From: a virus
Taxonomy: Duplodnaviria; Caudoviricetes
DNA: 46,495 nucleotides
Direction: 5' to 3' (one strand)
Virus record (IMG/VR): IMGVR_UViG_3300014656_000043
Location: 1-46,495 of that record
In this document: piece after piece, positions 46,436 through 46,495 of the stretch
Layout of the letters: every line of letters begins with the position of its first letter
Position numbering within the stretch: position 1 is the first letter of the stretch
The notes under the pieces: model-generated
The model's database searches: none
Told to the model about the DNA's origin: nothing
Seen by the model: only the letters and a program-made list of their open reading frames with translations
Position numbers and translations under genes: made by a program

Positions 46436-46495
46436 TAGATACCTAATTTTTCAGAATAATAAATAAAATAGGAGCAATAAAAATGAAACTATCAG

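Overview
The window looks like a complete or near-complete, AT-rich, HK97-fold siphovirus genome with essentially every gene on the + strand. Gene order: early accessory genes (44.9-46.5 kb, continuing at 1-1.2 kb); replication (DUF4373-type initiator with an internal HNH domain and iteron-like repeats, DnaB-like helicase, CHC2 Zn finger); recombination (Cas4-like nuclease, Gp3/RDF-like protein, RusA); a long accessory region (minimal PolX, DUF6948 plus Gly-rich ORFs, two DNA methyltransferases, YkgJ-like, ParB-N, HNH); about 640 nt of non-coding DNA; packaging and head genes; tail genes (with a -1 frameshift chaperone); and an unusual lysis cassette. I recognised no integrase, repressor, tRNA, reverse transcriptase or true CRISPR array. 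The most unusual signals are: (1) a 40-nt antisense copy (37/40) of a late structural gene sitting between direct repeats at the start of an early gene; (2) accessory genes repeatedly bracketed by gene-specific direct repeats that contain RBS+ATG, like cassettes; (3) a putative multi-helix, pseudoknotted ncRNA between the HNH gene and terS; (4) several virion-type proteins with Sec signal peptides; (5) several leader RNAs with alternative pairings. Family assignments are from motif recognition by eye and base pairings were traced by hand; no database search or folding program was run.
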